DNA from: Shigella phage TB004
Sequence record: MW822011
Length of the DNA: 64,000 nt
Strand: one strand, 5' to 3'
The notes beneath the pieces are model-generated. The model did not search any database and was not told the DNA's origin. It was given only the letters and a program-made list of their open reading frames with translations. The position numbers and the translations under genes are program-made. Positions 39,849 through 49,135 of the stretch are shown here, in pieces. Each line of letters begins with the position of its first letter. Position 1 is the first letter of the stretch.

Positions 39849-41547
39849 TTGTGTATTGTCCAGATGAAATAGAACTCATAGATGCCATTTTTTCTGTCCA
39901 ATCACCACCAACGTCCCAATCAACTGTCCCAGCAACCTTCCAAGAAAGATTTCCATTTACTGTATTAGTCTGATTTCCTTCAACTAAAGTAGTAGCATCC
40001 CCTTTAACTGTAATGTCAGCATTACCTTCAACTACAATAGTAACATTACCTTTGACTAGGATAGTTCCATTACCTTCAACCGTCTTAGTTTCATCGCCAC
40101 GCACAAATATTGTATTGCTTCCATCTATTTGGTGGAGACGATTATCCATGTTGTAATAAATTTCTGATCCACCGACGTTAGTCTTTTTATCACCGGCTAC
40201 CAAAAAATTACCATCAGCATTTGTTATATCATACAAATTATCGACAGTTTTTCTTGTTCTTCTTCCTGATGGTGATACTTCTTCATAAGTTCCTGTCGGA
40301 TGAACTAATCTGTATCGTTCTTGTCCCGGGGTATCATCAAATTCTTGAATATGACCGCTTTCAGTTTCCATTGTATGCACATAAGGATATTCGCCTTTAT
40401 ATGAAGAAACTGGTTCTTTGAATAAAATTCTCGAGTCATTTGGAATAGGAGGGTCAGCAGGGTCAGAAGATTTAGCTACAGTAGCAGCCATTGCTGATAG
40501 AGACCTAGCTGGGGTTTTCACTTCAACACCGTATGATTCCAAATTTCCCGTAAGAATAATCATGGTAACACGGGATGCACGGCCTTTTGTTTGTTGATAC
40601 CACAATGAATCACGACCGGCTTTATATGCTTTTTCCCAATCTCCGGCTAACATAGCTGTTAACATTGTGTTAAATTTAGCTACACCGCCAACGCCCATCT
40701 GAAATGCCATATTTTCTAATGCCATTTGACGAGAACGATTAACTGCTTTCCAAACTGGGCCAACTTTAGAATGTGATTTAATGTCACGTTGCATATCAGC
40801 TAAATCACGTTCAAATAAAGTTACCGCTTCTTCCATTGTAATAGAACCCGGATTTCCGGTAATTTCACGACCAACTTGTTTTGATAAAACTTTATTAATT
40901 TGAGTCATATCACGAACTGGCTGCTTCATGATAAGATGACCAATACCAATTGTCGGATATCCTTCGGTATCCCAATAAACTTTTAGTCTTAATCCTTCAT
41001 CACGGCGAAGCATTTCAGCCATTGACATATTTGGATTATCATCAGTTGGAATCTCTGATAGTGGTCTATCATCGGGATTTATCGCAGTATCTAAATTACT
41101 ATCTTGGATAATATTAGAAGACGAATCATATCCTACTTCACCACCTTGGTTTAATACGTTCGTATCACTACCTAAACGTCGCGGATACTGGCCTGTCGGG
41201 TCTGAAAAACCTTCAAGTCTATTAGGCTTTTCACGTACTATTCCGCCATATGTACCAAGTACAATCCCGTTTGTTTTCCATTTGTCTAAAAAATGACCAT
41301 AAACTCTAGTTCCTTCTACCGGACCAGTAACGGAGCCTCCAATTCCAGACATTGCTGCAGAAGTTATAGGTTGAATAACTGACATCCATGGTAATTTATC
41401 GGTTGGAATACCCATTACGTCGCCTTGCGCTCTTTGAGGTGGATGCAGACCAACTACACGAACACGAACACGACCTAATTTTAATGGGTCCATTCTATCT
41501 TCAACAACACCAACAAACCAATTGAGGTTATTACTTATCATTTCCAT
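39820..41547 (-). CDS. 5: gp5 baseplate hub with lysozyme domain and beta-helix
   Basis: 575 aa; lysozyme motif MAEMLRRDEGLRLKVYWDTEGYPTIGIGHL; C-terminal VxGxxxxx beta-helix repeats. Confidence 0.95.
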   Translation of the reverse strand: MEMISNNLNWFVGVVEDRMDPLKLGRVRVRVVGLHPPQRAQGDVMGIPTDKLPWMSVIQPITSAAMSGIGGSVTGPVEGTRVYGHFLDKWKTNGIVLGTYGGIVREKPNRLEGFSDPTGQYPRRLGSDTNVLNQGGEVGYDSSSNIIQDSNLDTAINPDDRPLSEIPTDDNPNMSMAEMLRRDEGLRLKVYWDTEGYPTIGIGHLIMKQPVRDMTQINKVLSKQVGREITGNPGSITMEEAVTLFERDLADMQRDIKSHSKVGPVWKAVNRSRQMALENMAFQMGVGGVAKFNTMLTAMLAGDWEKAYKAGRDSLWYQQTKGRASRVTMIILTGNLESYGVEVKTPARSLSAMAATVAKSSDPADPPIPNDSRILFKEPVSSYKGEYPYVHTMETESGHIQEFDDTPGQERYRLVHPTGTYEEVSPSGRRTRKTVDNLYDITNADGNFLVAGDKKTNVGGSEIYYNMDNRLHQIDGSNTIFVRGDETKTVEGNGTILVKGNVTIVVEGNADITVKGDATTLVEGNQTNTVNGNLSWKVAGTVDWDVGGDWTEKMASMSSISSGQYTIDGSRIDIG

Positions 41548-42121
41548 AAGATTTCTCCATTATACGTATAAGGTCGTTCATAAATGAATTGATGTCTGAT
41601 TTTGCTATTATTTTTATTTGACGAAGTTTTTCATTTTCAAGAACAGCAGCTTCATACGTATCGACCGCAGCAAGTGCTCCTTCATATTGAGGATATTTTC
41701 TAGCTTTATCGCCTTTGTCATACCAAACATATGGATTATCATCGTATGATATTAAATTATAGAATTTTTCACCGTTCTCATTCACATGATATACTATTTG
41801 GTCTCCACCTACGTTTTTGTATTTTTGTATAGATGCTTGATAAGCAGCTTCTTGCGAAGTAATCCATCCATAATACGGATCATAATTATCGTTACACATC
41901 AATAAAACCCAATACAACTGCGGATTTCCATATATAGCATTTGCTAATTCTTCCGGTCGTGGTGAACCTTTAATATAATAAGTACGTAAGCGGTATCCCG
42001 CAAGAGCACGTTTGAAATAGTCTTTATAGTTTCTAAAAATATCTGTCATAGGAATAGTCGGCGCGTTTTTATTCACCGTTTTGGCCGCATATTCAATCGG
42101 ATCAAAAAATGTAAAGAGCAT
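41531..42121 (-). CDS. 53: gp53 baseplate wedge
   Basis: 196 aa, divergent from gene 4. Confidence 0.85.
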   Translation of the reverse strand: MLFTFFDPIEYAAKTVNKNAPTIPMTDIFRNYKDYFKRALAGYRLRTYYIKGSPRPEELANAIYGNPQLYWVLLMCNDNYDPYYGWITSQEAAYQASIQKYKNVGGDQIVYHVNENGEKFYNLISYDDNPYVWYDKGDKARKYPQYEGALAAVDTYEAAVLENEKLRQIKIIAKSDINSFMNDLIRIMEKSYGNDK

Positions 42122-42134
42122 GGGCCCTCCTGTT

Positions 42135-42157
42135 TATAAATATATTATCTATTTATA
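42135..42157. promoter_or_regulatory. divergent late promoters for gene 4 (plus, 42135-42142) and gene 53 (minus, 42150-42157)
   Basis: TATAAATA on each strand within the 47-bp divergent intergenic region. Confidence 0.6.
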
Positions 42158-42168
42158 AGGAGAATCCA

Positions 42169-42621
42169 ATGGCATATTCTGGAAAATGGGTTCCTAAAAA
42201 TATATCAAAATATAGAGGTGACCCTAAAAAAATTATGTATAGATCAAATTGGGAAAAATTCTTTTTTGAATGGTTAGATAAAAATCCAGAAATTATTGCA
42301 TGGGGTAGTGAAACAGCAGTAATTCCTTATTTTTGTAATGCAGAAGGGAAAAAACGTAGATACTTCATGGATATTTGGATGAAAGATTCTTCTGGGCAAG
42401 AATTTTTTATTGAAATAAAACCTAAAAAAGAAACACAACCACCAGTTAAACCGGCACATCTAACAACCGCAGCGAAGAAAAGATTTATGAATGAAATTTA
42501 TACATATTCCGTTAATACTGATAAATGGAAAGCAGCGCAAGCTTTAGCTGAAAAGCGTGGAATAAAATTTAGAATTCTAACAGAAGATGGATTAAGAGCT
42601 CTTGGCTTTAAGGGGGCATAA
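42169..42621 (+). CDS. 4: gp4 head completion protein
   Basis: 150 aa. Confidence 0.8.
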   Translation: MAYSGKWVPKNISKYRGDPKKIMYRSNWEKFFFEWLDKNPEIIAWGSETAVIPYFCNAEGKKRRYFMDIWMKDSSGQEFFIEIKPKKETQPPVKPAHLTTAAKKRFMNEIYTYSVNTDKWKAAQALAEKRGIKFRILTEDGLRALGFKGA

Positions 42622-43445
42622 TGGCTATTTTTCAAATAATTAATGAAAGCACTCCCCAAGTTCCAAAGGTTAAGCAATCATTAAACGAAAAGAAATGGAT
42701 TCAGATAGGTCTTGAATACAAAAAGGCCAAAGCAAAAGGAATGACAGGAAAGCAATTTGCTGAAGAAAGAGGAATCAAATATTCTACGTTTACTTCGGCA
42801 ATGTCAAAATATGCTTCAGGAATTAAAACTGCTGAAAAGATTCAAAAGCTTGAATCAAAACCAATGAATAAACTCAATAAGCAAGAAAGACAACTGCTTA
42901 TGATAAATTCATTCAGGCAAACGTTGCGTGATAAAATTCGTAATGAAGGTGCAGCAATTAATAATAAAACCAGAAAGTGGTTTGCTGAAACTATTAAGCA
43001 GGTAAAAGGACATAAAGTTGTTCGCCCGCAGCCGGGACGAATATATGCTTTTGCTTATGATGCTAAACACAAAGAAACTCTTCCTTATTGGGATAAATTT
43101 CCTTTGATAATTTACCTCGGTTTAGGTAAACATAATTTAATGTATGGATTGAACTTGCACTATATTCCACCTAAAGCTCGTCAACAGTTTCTAGAAGAGC
43201 TTTTAAAGCAATATTCAAATACACCTACTATTACTAATAAAACAAAATTAAAAATTGATTGGAGTCAAGTGAAAGGATTTAGGGGTGCAGACCAAATGAT
43301 TAAGGCATATATACCCGGTAATATTATGGGTAGCCTTGTTGAAATCGCCCCGAAAGACTGGGCGAACGTTGTGTTAATGCCACTTCAGCAGTTCGTTTCA
43401 AAAGGAAAACGTTTCTCTGCAAACAAAGTCTGGTCAAATATCTAA
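42621..43445 (+). CDS. 2: gp2 DNA end protector
   Basis: 274 aa. Confidence 0.85.
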   Translation: MAIFQIINESTPQVPKVKQSLNEKKWIQIGLEYKKAKAKGMTGKQFAEERGIKYSTFTSAMSKYASGIKTAEKIQKLESKPMNKLNKQERQLLMINSFRQTLRDKIRNEGAAINNKTRKWFAETIKQVKGHKVVRPQPGRIYAFAYDAKHKETLPYWDKFPLIIYLGLGKHNLMYGLNLHYIPPKARQQFLEELLKQYSNTPTITNKTKLKIDWSQVKGFRGADQMIKAYIPGNIMGSLVEIAPKDWANVVLMPLQQFVSKGKRFSANKVWSNI

Positions 43446-43551
43446 TTCTATTATCTTCCATTCTTTTCTATTGTTTGTTCTAATTGGAATTGAATGGAAG
43501 GGACTTAGACCCATTATACCACCAACATTTATAAAGCATTATGAGGAATAT

Positions 43552-44082
43552 ATGTCGCAAGCACTGCAACAAATTTTTAACCAAGCAAATACAACTAACT
43601 TTGTAGTATCAATACCGCATAGTAATACTACATCTGCTTTTACTTTAAATGCTCAGTCAGTTCCTATTCCAGGAATTAGAATACCTGTTACTGATACCGT
43701 GACTGGGCCGTTTGGACTAGGCCGAGCACAGCGTCCAGGAGTTACATTTGAGTACGATCCACTCATCGTGAGATTTATAGTTGATGAAGAGCTTAAGTCG
43801 TGGATAGGAATGTATGAATGGATGCTAGGAACTAGTAACTATCTTACAGGCGAAAATACTGCCCAAAAAACAGGTCCTGAATACATTACTCTTTACATTT
43901 TAGATAATAGTAAAACTGAAATCGTGATGTCAATAAACTTTTATAAGCCTTGGGTTTCTGACCTGTCTGAAGTAGAATTTAGCTACACGGAAGATTCAGA
44001 CCCAGCCTTAGTATGCACAGCAACGATTCCTTATACGTATTTTCAAGTAGAAAAAGATGGTAAAATTATAGCAGAAGTTTAA
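43552..44082 (+). CDS. 3: gp3 tail tube terminator
   Basis: 176 aa from MSQALQQIFN (ORF track begins at an upstream alternative start). Confidence 0.8.
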   Translation: MSQALQQIFNQANTTNFVVSIPHSNTTSAFTLNAQSVPIPGIRIPVTDTVTGPFGLGRAQRPGVTFEYDPLIVRFIVDEELKSWIGMYEWMLGTSNYLTGENTAQKTGPEYITLYILDNSKTEIVMSINFYKPWVSDLSEVEFSYTEDSDPALVCTATIPYTYFQVEKDGKIIAEV

Positions 44083-44131
44083 TGCTTAAGTTTCATGTGT
44101 TATAATCTTAACTAAATTTGAGGAGAAACAT

Positions 44132-44844
44132 ATGAAACTAATCTTTTTAAGTGGTGTAAAGCGTAGTGGAAAAGATACTACTGCAGATTTTATCATGAAT
44201 AATTATTCTGCAGTTAAATATCAACTTGCTGGTCCTATTAAAGATGCATTGGCTTATGCATGGGGTGTATTTGCAGCAAACACTGACTATCCTTGTTTAA
44301 CTCGTAAAGAGTTTGAAGGAATTGACTATGATCGTGAAACTAATTTAAATCTGACTAAATTAGAAGTAATTACGATTATGGAACAAGCATTTTGCTATCT
44401 TAATAGTAAAAGCCCAATTAAAGGTGTGTTTGTTTTTGATGACGCAGTTAATTTCGTAGCATTTAACAAGATTGCTGACGTTATAAATAATATTGAAGAT
44501 CAATGGTCAGTCCGTCGTCTGATGCAAGCCCTAGGTACGGATTTGATTGTTAATAACTTCGACCGCATGTATTGGGTAAAATTATTTGCTTTAGATTATC
44601 TTGATAAATTTAACTCAGGTTATGATTATTATATCGTTCCTGATACTCGTCAAGATCATGAAATGGATGCGGCTAGGGCGATGGGTGCTACAGTAATTCA
44701 TGTAGTTCGTCCTGGTCAAAAATCCAATGATACTCATATTACAGAAGCTGGATTGCCAATTCGTGATGGCGATTTAGTAATTACAAACGATGGTTCTCTT
44801 GAAGAACTTTTTTCTAAAATTAAAAATACACTAAAGGTACTATA

Positions 44845-44845
<1 letters not shown>
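44132..44845 (+). CDS. 1: gp1 deoxynucleoside monophosphate kinase
   Basis: 237 aa, P-loop GVKRSGKDT. Confidence 0.9.
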
Positions 44846-45542
<697 letters not shown>

Positions 45543-45553
45543 TTTCACAAAGT

Positions 45554-45585
45554 TATTTACACGGGGTTTTAGTTGTGATACTATT
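45554..45585 (+). promoter_or_regulatory. T4-type early promoter (IP gene 1)
   Basis: ATTTAC -35-like and TGATACTAT extended -10. Confidence 0.5.
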
Positions 45586-45620
45586 ACCCTATCAAAACAA
45601 ATGAGTGATTGGAGAATAAA

Positions 45621-45893
45621 ATGAAAACATTTAAAGAATTTATCAATGAAGCTACTTTTAACGAAAAAGTAAAAATTAGTAAAGCTGTCAAGACTTTGAT
45701 TGCTGACATCAATTACCTATATGATATTGATTTAACTGACTATGTAACAGTTGGTAACAAACGTAACTTTTTCGTGTTTGACATCTCTGAACTTGACCAG
45801 AATCAAATTAACAACATTGAGCGTTTTGCTAATGATAAGGGTCTTCGTCATGAGTCAGCGGGTTATAAAAAATACGCAATTTATTTAAAATGA
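45621..45893 (+). CDS. internal protein with capsid targeting sequence (IPI locus)
   Basis: Starts MKTFKEFINE|A (CTS with I-x-E protease site); own early promoter; adjacent to 57B. Confidence 0.65.
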   Translation: MKTFKEFINEATFNEKVKISKAVKTLIADINYLYDIDLTDYVTVGNKRNFFVFDISELDQNQINNIERFANDKGLRHESAGYKKYAIYLK

Positions 45894-45923
45894 GTTTACT
45901 TTTAAATAGGGTTGTGGTACTAT
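45894..45923 (+). promoter_or_regulatory. T4-type early promoter (IP gene 2)
   Basis: GTTTAC ... TGGTACTAT. Confidence 0.5.
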
Positions 45924-45953
45924 TATCTCATCAAAATTAATTAGGAAAATAAA

Positions 45954-46262
45954 ATGAAAACATTTAAAGAATTTATCAATGAAGCGGCTGCGCCAAAGAC
46001 ATTCGTTATTAATACTCAGGCGAGTCTTGATGATGAATACGCGGAGGCAATTCTGAAGTCACTTGCTAAGAACGGTGTTGAAGTAATTGCTTCGGACTTT
46101 AAGAAAGGGGCTTCCGAGATGTTTATTTCTATAACTAAAGGATCTAAAGCTAAGATTAAATCATCATTCGGAGTTGCTCGTACCGATCAAATCGACAATC
46201 ATGACTTTAAACAAACTGGTGCTAAACGGCAGAATACAATTGCATCACGCGGAATAAAATAG
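45954..46262 (+). CDS. second CTS-bearing internal-protein-like ORF
   Basis: 102 aa; first 37 nt from ATG identical to previous gene (MKTFKEFINEA); own early promoter. Confidence 0.6.
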   Translation: MKTFKEFINEAAAPKTFVINTQASLDDEYAEAILKSLAKNGVEVIASDFKKGASEMFISITKGSKAKIKSSFGVARTDQIDNHDFKQTGAKRQNTIASRGIK

Positions 46263-46274
46263 TTTATAAAAACA

Positions 46275-46304
46275 GTTTACTTTTAGATAGGGTAGTGATA
46301 CTAT
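46275..46304 (+). promoter_or_regulatory. T4-type early promoter
   Basis: GTTTAC ... TGATACTAT. Confidence 0.5.
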
Positions 46305-46332
46305 TACCCTATCAACTACAGAGGAGAATAAA

Positions 46333-46518
46333 ATGAAACGTTGTGAATTAATTCGAAATGTTGCTATTGCAATTTCTGCTTCCGCTTTTAGTTTTTCAAT
46401 GTTTGTTGGATTTATATGCGGATTATTAACTACAGCAGAAAATGTGTTTTCACTTGTAGTAGCATTTTTAATTGGTTTAATTGCTATCGTTATGGATAAA
46501 ATTTCTAAAGGTGAATAG
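46333..46518 (+). CDS. small membrane protein
   Basis: 61 aa, two hydrophobic helices; early promoter cassette upstream. Confidence 0.5.
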   Translation: MKRCELIRNVAIAISASAFSFSMFVGFICGLLTTAENVFSLVVAFLIGLIAIVMDKISKGE

Positions 46519-46519
46519 A

Positions 46520-46900
46520 ATGTATAAAGTGTATGCGGATTATCAGGCTAATCCATCTGAAAAGCCAGGTTGTCAAATTGGATGGGCTCATGATACTTTG
46601 CTTGAAGCAGTAGATGCTGCTCAAAAATTGGGATATAAATATGTAGAGATTGTTCAACCGTCAGGAAAAGTTATTACTCTTGAAGAGTTCAATAACATTA
46701 AACCAAACTTTTTACTTTTTGCAGGTGATAATTATTATCCTCGTGGTGGATATGCTGATTTAATCGCGAAAGCCGCCACTGAAGATGAACTCCGTGATAT
46801 TATCAAAGAAAATGAAAACAAACTGATGTATGGTTCTAATCGCTTTGATTGGTGGCAAATTGTAAATGCCCATACTCATACTATTGTTGATGAAGGCTGA
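46520..46900 (+). CDS. hypothetical protein
   Basis: 126 aa from MYKVYADYQ; ATG overlaps preceding stop. Confidence 0.5.
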   Translation: MYKVYADYQANPSEKPGCQIGWAHDTLLEAVDAAQKLGYKYVEIVQPSGKVITLEEFNNIKPNFLLFAGDNYYPRGGYADLIAKAATEDELRDIIKENENKLMYGSNRFDWWQIVNAHTHTIVDEG

Positions 46901-46902
46901 TA

Positions 46903-47190
46903 ATGATTCTTTATGCGAAAGTATCGTCCGTTGAAAATGGATATAAATATGATCAAGATGCGGCTAAAGCCTTGATTGATGATTATGGCATTTTAACATG
47001 TTTTGAAGTTGAAAAGGTTTACATTGACCGTTCATCTTCTCAAGTTAAATTAGTAAAGGAAGACCGTAAATTTAATACAGTAAATTTTGATTTCTTTATT
47101 GAAACAGAAAAAGGTCCTCTTGAATATGATATTTTCAAGAATCCTTTGGGTCTTGAATGCATCGTAAATATGTATTATCATAAATGGTAA
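46903..47190 (+). CDS. hypothetical protein
   Basis: 95 aa ORF. Confidence 0.5.
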   Translation: MILYAKVSSVENGYKYDQDAAKALIDDYGILTCFEVEKVYIDRSSSQVKLVKEDRKFNTVNFDFFIETEKGPLEYDIFKNPLGLECIVNMYYHKW

Positions 47191-47263
47191 ATATGCTTTA
47201 AGAAATATTTGTTATTATTAACTCATATCGCACTGATTAATACCCTCTATCATCAAGGGTTCT

Positions 47264-47286
47264 TGCTTGAGAGCCTTTGTTAATAA
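47264..47286 (+). promoter_or_regulatory. possible MotA-type middle promoter just upstream of tRNA-Gln
   Basis: TTGCTTGA box followed about 12 nt later by TAATAAT. Confidence 0.3.
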
Positions 47287-47287
47287 T

Positions 47288-47360
47288 TGGGAATTAGCCA
47301 AGTTGGTAAGGCACTGGATTTTGATTCCAGGATGCAAAGGTTCGAGTCCTTTATTCCCAG
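47288..47360 (+). tRNA. tRNA-Gln (anticodon UUG)
   Basis: Cloverleaf by hand: acceptor TGGGAAT/ATTCCCA, anticodon loop TTTTGAT, T-arm AAAGG-TTCGAGT-CCTTT. Confidence 0.85.
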
Positions 47361-47361
47361 C

Positions 47362-47448
47362 GCGAGAATGGTCAAATTGGTAAAGGCACAGCACTTAAAA
47401 TGCTGCGGAATGATTTCCTTGTGGGTTCGAGTCCCACTTCTCGCACCA
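47362..47448 (+). tRNA. tRNA-Leu (anticodon UAA), long variable arm
   Basis: Acceptor GCGAGAA/TTCTCGC, loop CTTAAAA, T-arm GTGGG-TTCGAGT-CCCAC, encoded CCA. Confidence 0.85.
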
Positions 47449-47453
47449 AATTT

Positions 47454-47527
<74 letters not shown>

Positions 47528-47537
47528 ATTTAATTTA

Positions 47538-47611
47538 CTCCGTGTAGCTCAGTTTGGTAGAGCGTCTGCTTTGGGAGCAGAATGTCGCAGGTTCAAATCC
47601 TGCCGCGGAGA
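47538..47611 (+). tRNA. tRNA-Pro (anticodon UGG), no encoded CCA
   Basis: Acceptor CTCCGTG/CGCGGAG, loop TTTGGGA, T-arm GCAGG-TTCAAAT-CCTGC. Confidence 0.8.
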
Positions 47612-47613
47612 CT

Positions 47614-47703
47614 GGAGGCGTGGCAGAGTGGTTTAATGCACCGGTCTTGAAAACCGGCAGTCGCTCCGGCGACTCATAGGTTCAAATCCTATCGCCTCCG
47701 CCA
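47614..47703 (+). tRNA. tRNA-Ser (anticodon UGA), class II
   Basis: Acceptor GGAGGCG/CGCCTCC, loop CTTGAAA, long variable arm, CCA. Confidence 0.85.
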
Positions 47704-47708
47704 GTTTT

Positions 47709-47784
47709 GCTGATTTAGCTCAGTAGGTAGAGCAACTCACTTGTAATGAGAAGGTCGGCGGTTCGATTCCGTCAATCAGCACCA
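47709..47784 (+). tRNA. tRNA-Thr (anticodon UGU)
   Basis: Acceptor GCTGATT/AATCAGC, loop CTTGTAA, CCA. Confidence 0.8.
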
Positions 47785-47785
47785 A

Positions 47786-47860
47786 GGCCCTGTAGCTGGA
47801 AGGTTCAAGCAAGCGACTCATAATCGCCAGATGGTGGTTCAATTCCACCCAGGGCCACCA
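47786..47860 (+). tRNA. tRNA-Ile (anticodon CAU, lysidine type) or Met
   Basis: Acceptor GGCCCTG/CAGGGCC, loop CTCATAA, CCA; T4 carries Ile with CAU at this position. Confidence 0.8.
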
Positions 47861-47873
47861 AATTAAGAATTAA

Positions 47874-47960
47874 GGGGAGTTATCCCGTAGAGGTAGCGGT
47901 GTGGACTGTAAATCCATTGTCATTGCGACTCGGGTGGTTCGACTCCATCACTCCCCACCA
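47874..47960 (+). tRNA. tRNA-Tyr-like (anticodon GUA), class II, or tRNA-like stable RNA
   Basis: Acceptor GGGGAGT/ACTCCCC + A + CCA; anticodon loop CTGTAAA; T-arm GGTGG-TTCGACT-CCATC; D-arm imperfect. Confidence 0.55.
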
Positions 47961-47964
47961 ATTT

Positions 47965-48039
47965 GGATGTGTAGCTCAGTGGTAGAGCAGTTGACTGTTA
48001 ATCAATTGGTCCATGGTTCGAATCCATGCATGTCCGCCA
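47965..48039 (+). tRNA. tRNA-Asn (anticodon GUU)
   Basis: Canonical cloverleaf: acceptor GGATGTG/CATGTCC, D-stem GCTC/GAGC, loop CTGTTAA, T-arm CATGG-TTCGAAT-CCATG, CCA. Confidence 0.75.
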
Positions 48040-48164
48040 AATTTGTGACAACTGTCACATTAATATCTACTTGACGCGATTATAGGGTTGAACTGATCAC
48101 TCTTCTCTTAATTTCGTGTGAAGACATCTTGATTGTTGGAGTAGGTATTAATGTGAACTAATTA

Positions 48165-48241
48165 CGGGGTGTAACTCAATTGTATAGAGTAGCGGTCCTC
48201 TAAACCGCAGGTTAAAGGTTAGAATCCTTTCACCCTGGCCA
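48165..48241 (+). tRNA. tRNA-Arg (anticodon UCU)
   Basis: Acceptor CGGGGTG/CACCCTG, D-stem ACTC/GAGT, anticodon stem GCGGT/ACCGC with loop CCTCTAA, T-arm AAAGG-TTAGAAT-CCTTT, CCA. Confidence 0.7.
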
Positions 48242-48262
48242 AATTATTGAGAGAATAATATT

Positions 48263-48817
48263 ATGAGAAGTGATGTAGACTGGGACCAAATTAATTTGGC
48301 TATAAAAGCTGGATTAATATACCGTGGTAATTTTGAAATAACACAAGAACTAATTGAAAATGTTGCTTTTCTTAAAATAACAGACAAGAAAAAATTCTTT
48401 TCTATGACTAAAGCCAAACGCTTGTCAATATGGAAAGTATTTTGTAGGACTGCCGCCCTAAATCTTTTGAAATTTAAAGATGAATTTGATATAGAAAAAA
48501 GCTATCGGCAAGCTTTCGTATACATAATGGTAGATACTACAAATCCTAATTATTATAAAATAGGAAGAAGTATAGAACCCGATGTTAGAGTTATAACAGC
48601 AAATACATTTTCACCGTTTAAAAGTTTTAAAATAGTATCATTTAGATATTCCCAGGATGCAGTAGAACTTGAAAAATATATGCACAGCATTTATAATCAG
48701 GACCATATAAATGGCGAATGGTTTTTCTTTCATGACATAAGTTCCATAGTTAAAAAATTAGATACTAAATCTACACAATTTGAAATACCAAATGAGAAGC
48801 CGGGTCGCTACCGGTAA
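48263..48817 (+). CDS. hypothetical protein with C-terminal T5orf172 (GIY-YIG-related) domain
   Basis: 184 aa; C-terminal FVYIMVDTTNPNYYKIGRS...VELEKYMHSIYNQDHINGEWFFF fits T5orf172/MUG113 pattern; begins 22 nt after tRNA-Arg. Confidence 0.6.
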   Translation: MRSDVDWDQINLAIKAGLIYRGNFEITQELIENVAFLKITDKKKFFSMTKAKRLSIWKVFCRTAALNLLKFKDEFDIEKSYRQAFVYIMVDTTNPNYYKIGRSIEPDVRVITANTFSPFKSFKIVSFRYSQDAVELEKYMHSIYNQDHINGEWFFFHDISSIVKKLDTKSTQFEIPNEKPGRYR

Positions 48818-49126
48818 GTCGTCGGACTGATGTTCCCTGCGTAAGGACTGGTCTTAATAAATCTTTACGATTTGTTAATATCCCCTTACATCACAGCAGA
48901 AACGGCGCACCGAATTATCGATTCGAGGAAATATCTTTGCCGTAAGCCGAGTAGCGTTTTTGACGGAACGTTCGGATATGGTCGAGATATGGCCTTTTAA
49001 AAATATTGAGTAGCGTCAACTACTTAATAACCGGGTTCGAATCCCGGCGTTTCGTACAAACACTTGCCTTAGCAGGTGGAACCCCGACAAGGTATATAGC
49101 CCCTTCCGAAAGGTTGGGGCTTTTTT
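48818..49126 (+). ncRNA. candidate structured non-coding RNA region (possibly stable RNA(s) co-transcribed with the tRNA array) ending in an intrinsic terminator
   Basis: About 310 bp with no ORF of 60 aa or more on either strand in an otherwise compact genome; hairpins incl. CCGGG-TTCGAAT-CCCGG (49031-49047, tRNA T-arm-like) and AGCCCC...GGGGCT+T6 (49098-49126). Confidence 0.3.
49098..49126 (+). terminator. intrinsic terminator closing the tRNA-region transcript
   Basis: AGCCCC-(12 nt loop)-GGGGCT then T6. Confidence 0.6.
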
Positions 49127-49127
49127 G

Positions 49128-49135
49128 TATAAATA
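49128..49135 (+). promoter_or_regulatory. late promoter upstream of the 49171 ORF
   Basis: TATAAATA immediately after terminator hairpin. Confidence 0.55.

Larger units (their letters stand above)
45575..46335 (+). repeat. three dispersed copies of an early promoter + RBS + ATGAAA cassette bracketing the IP-locus ORFs
   Basis: GTGATACTATTACCCTATCAA...GGAGAATAAAATGAAA at about 45575-45623, 45912-45959 and 46293-46338. Confidence 0.7.
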
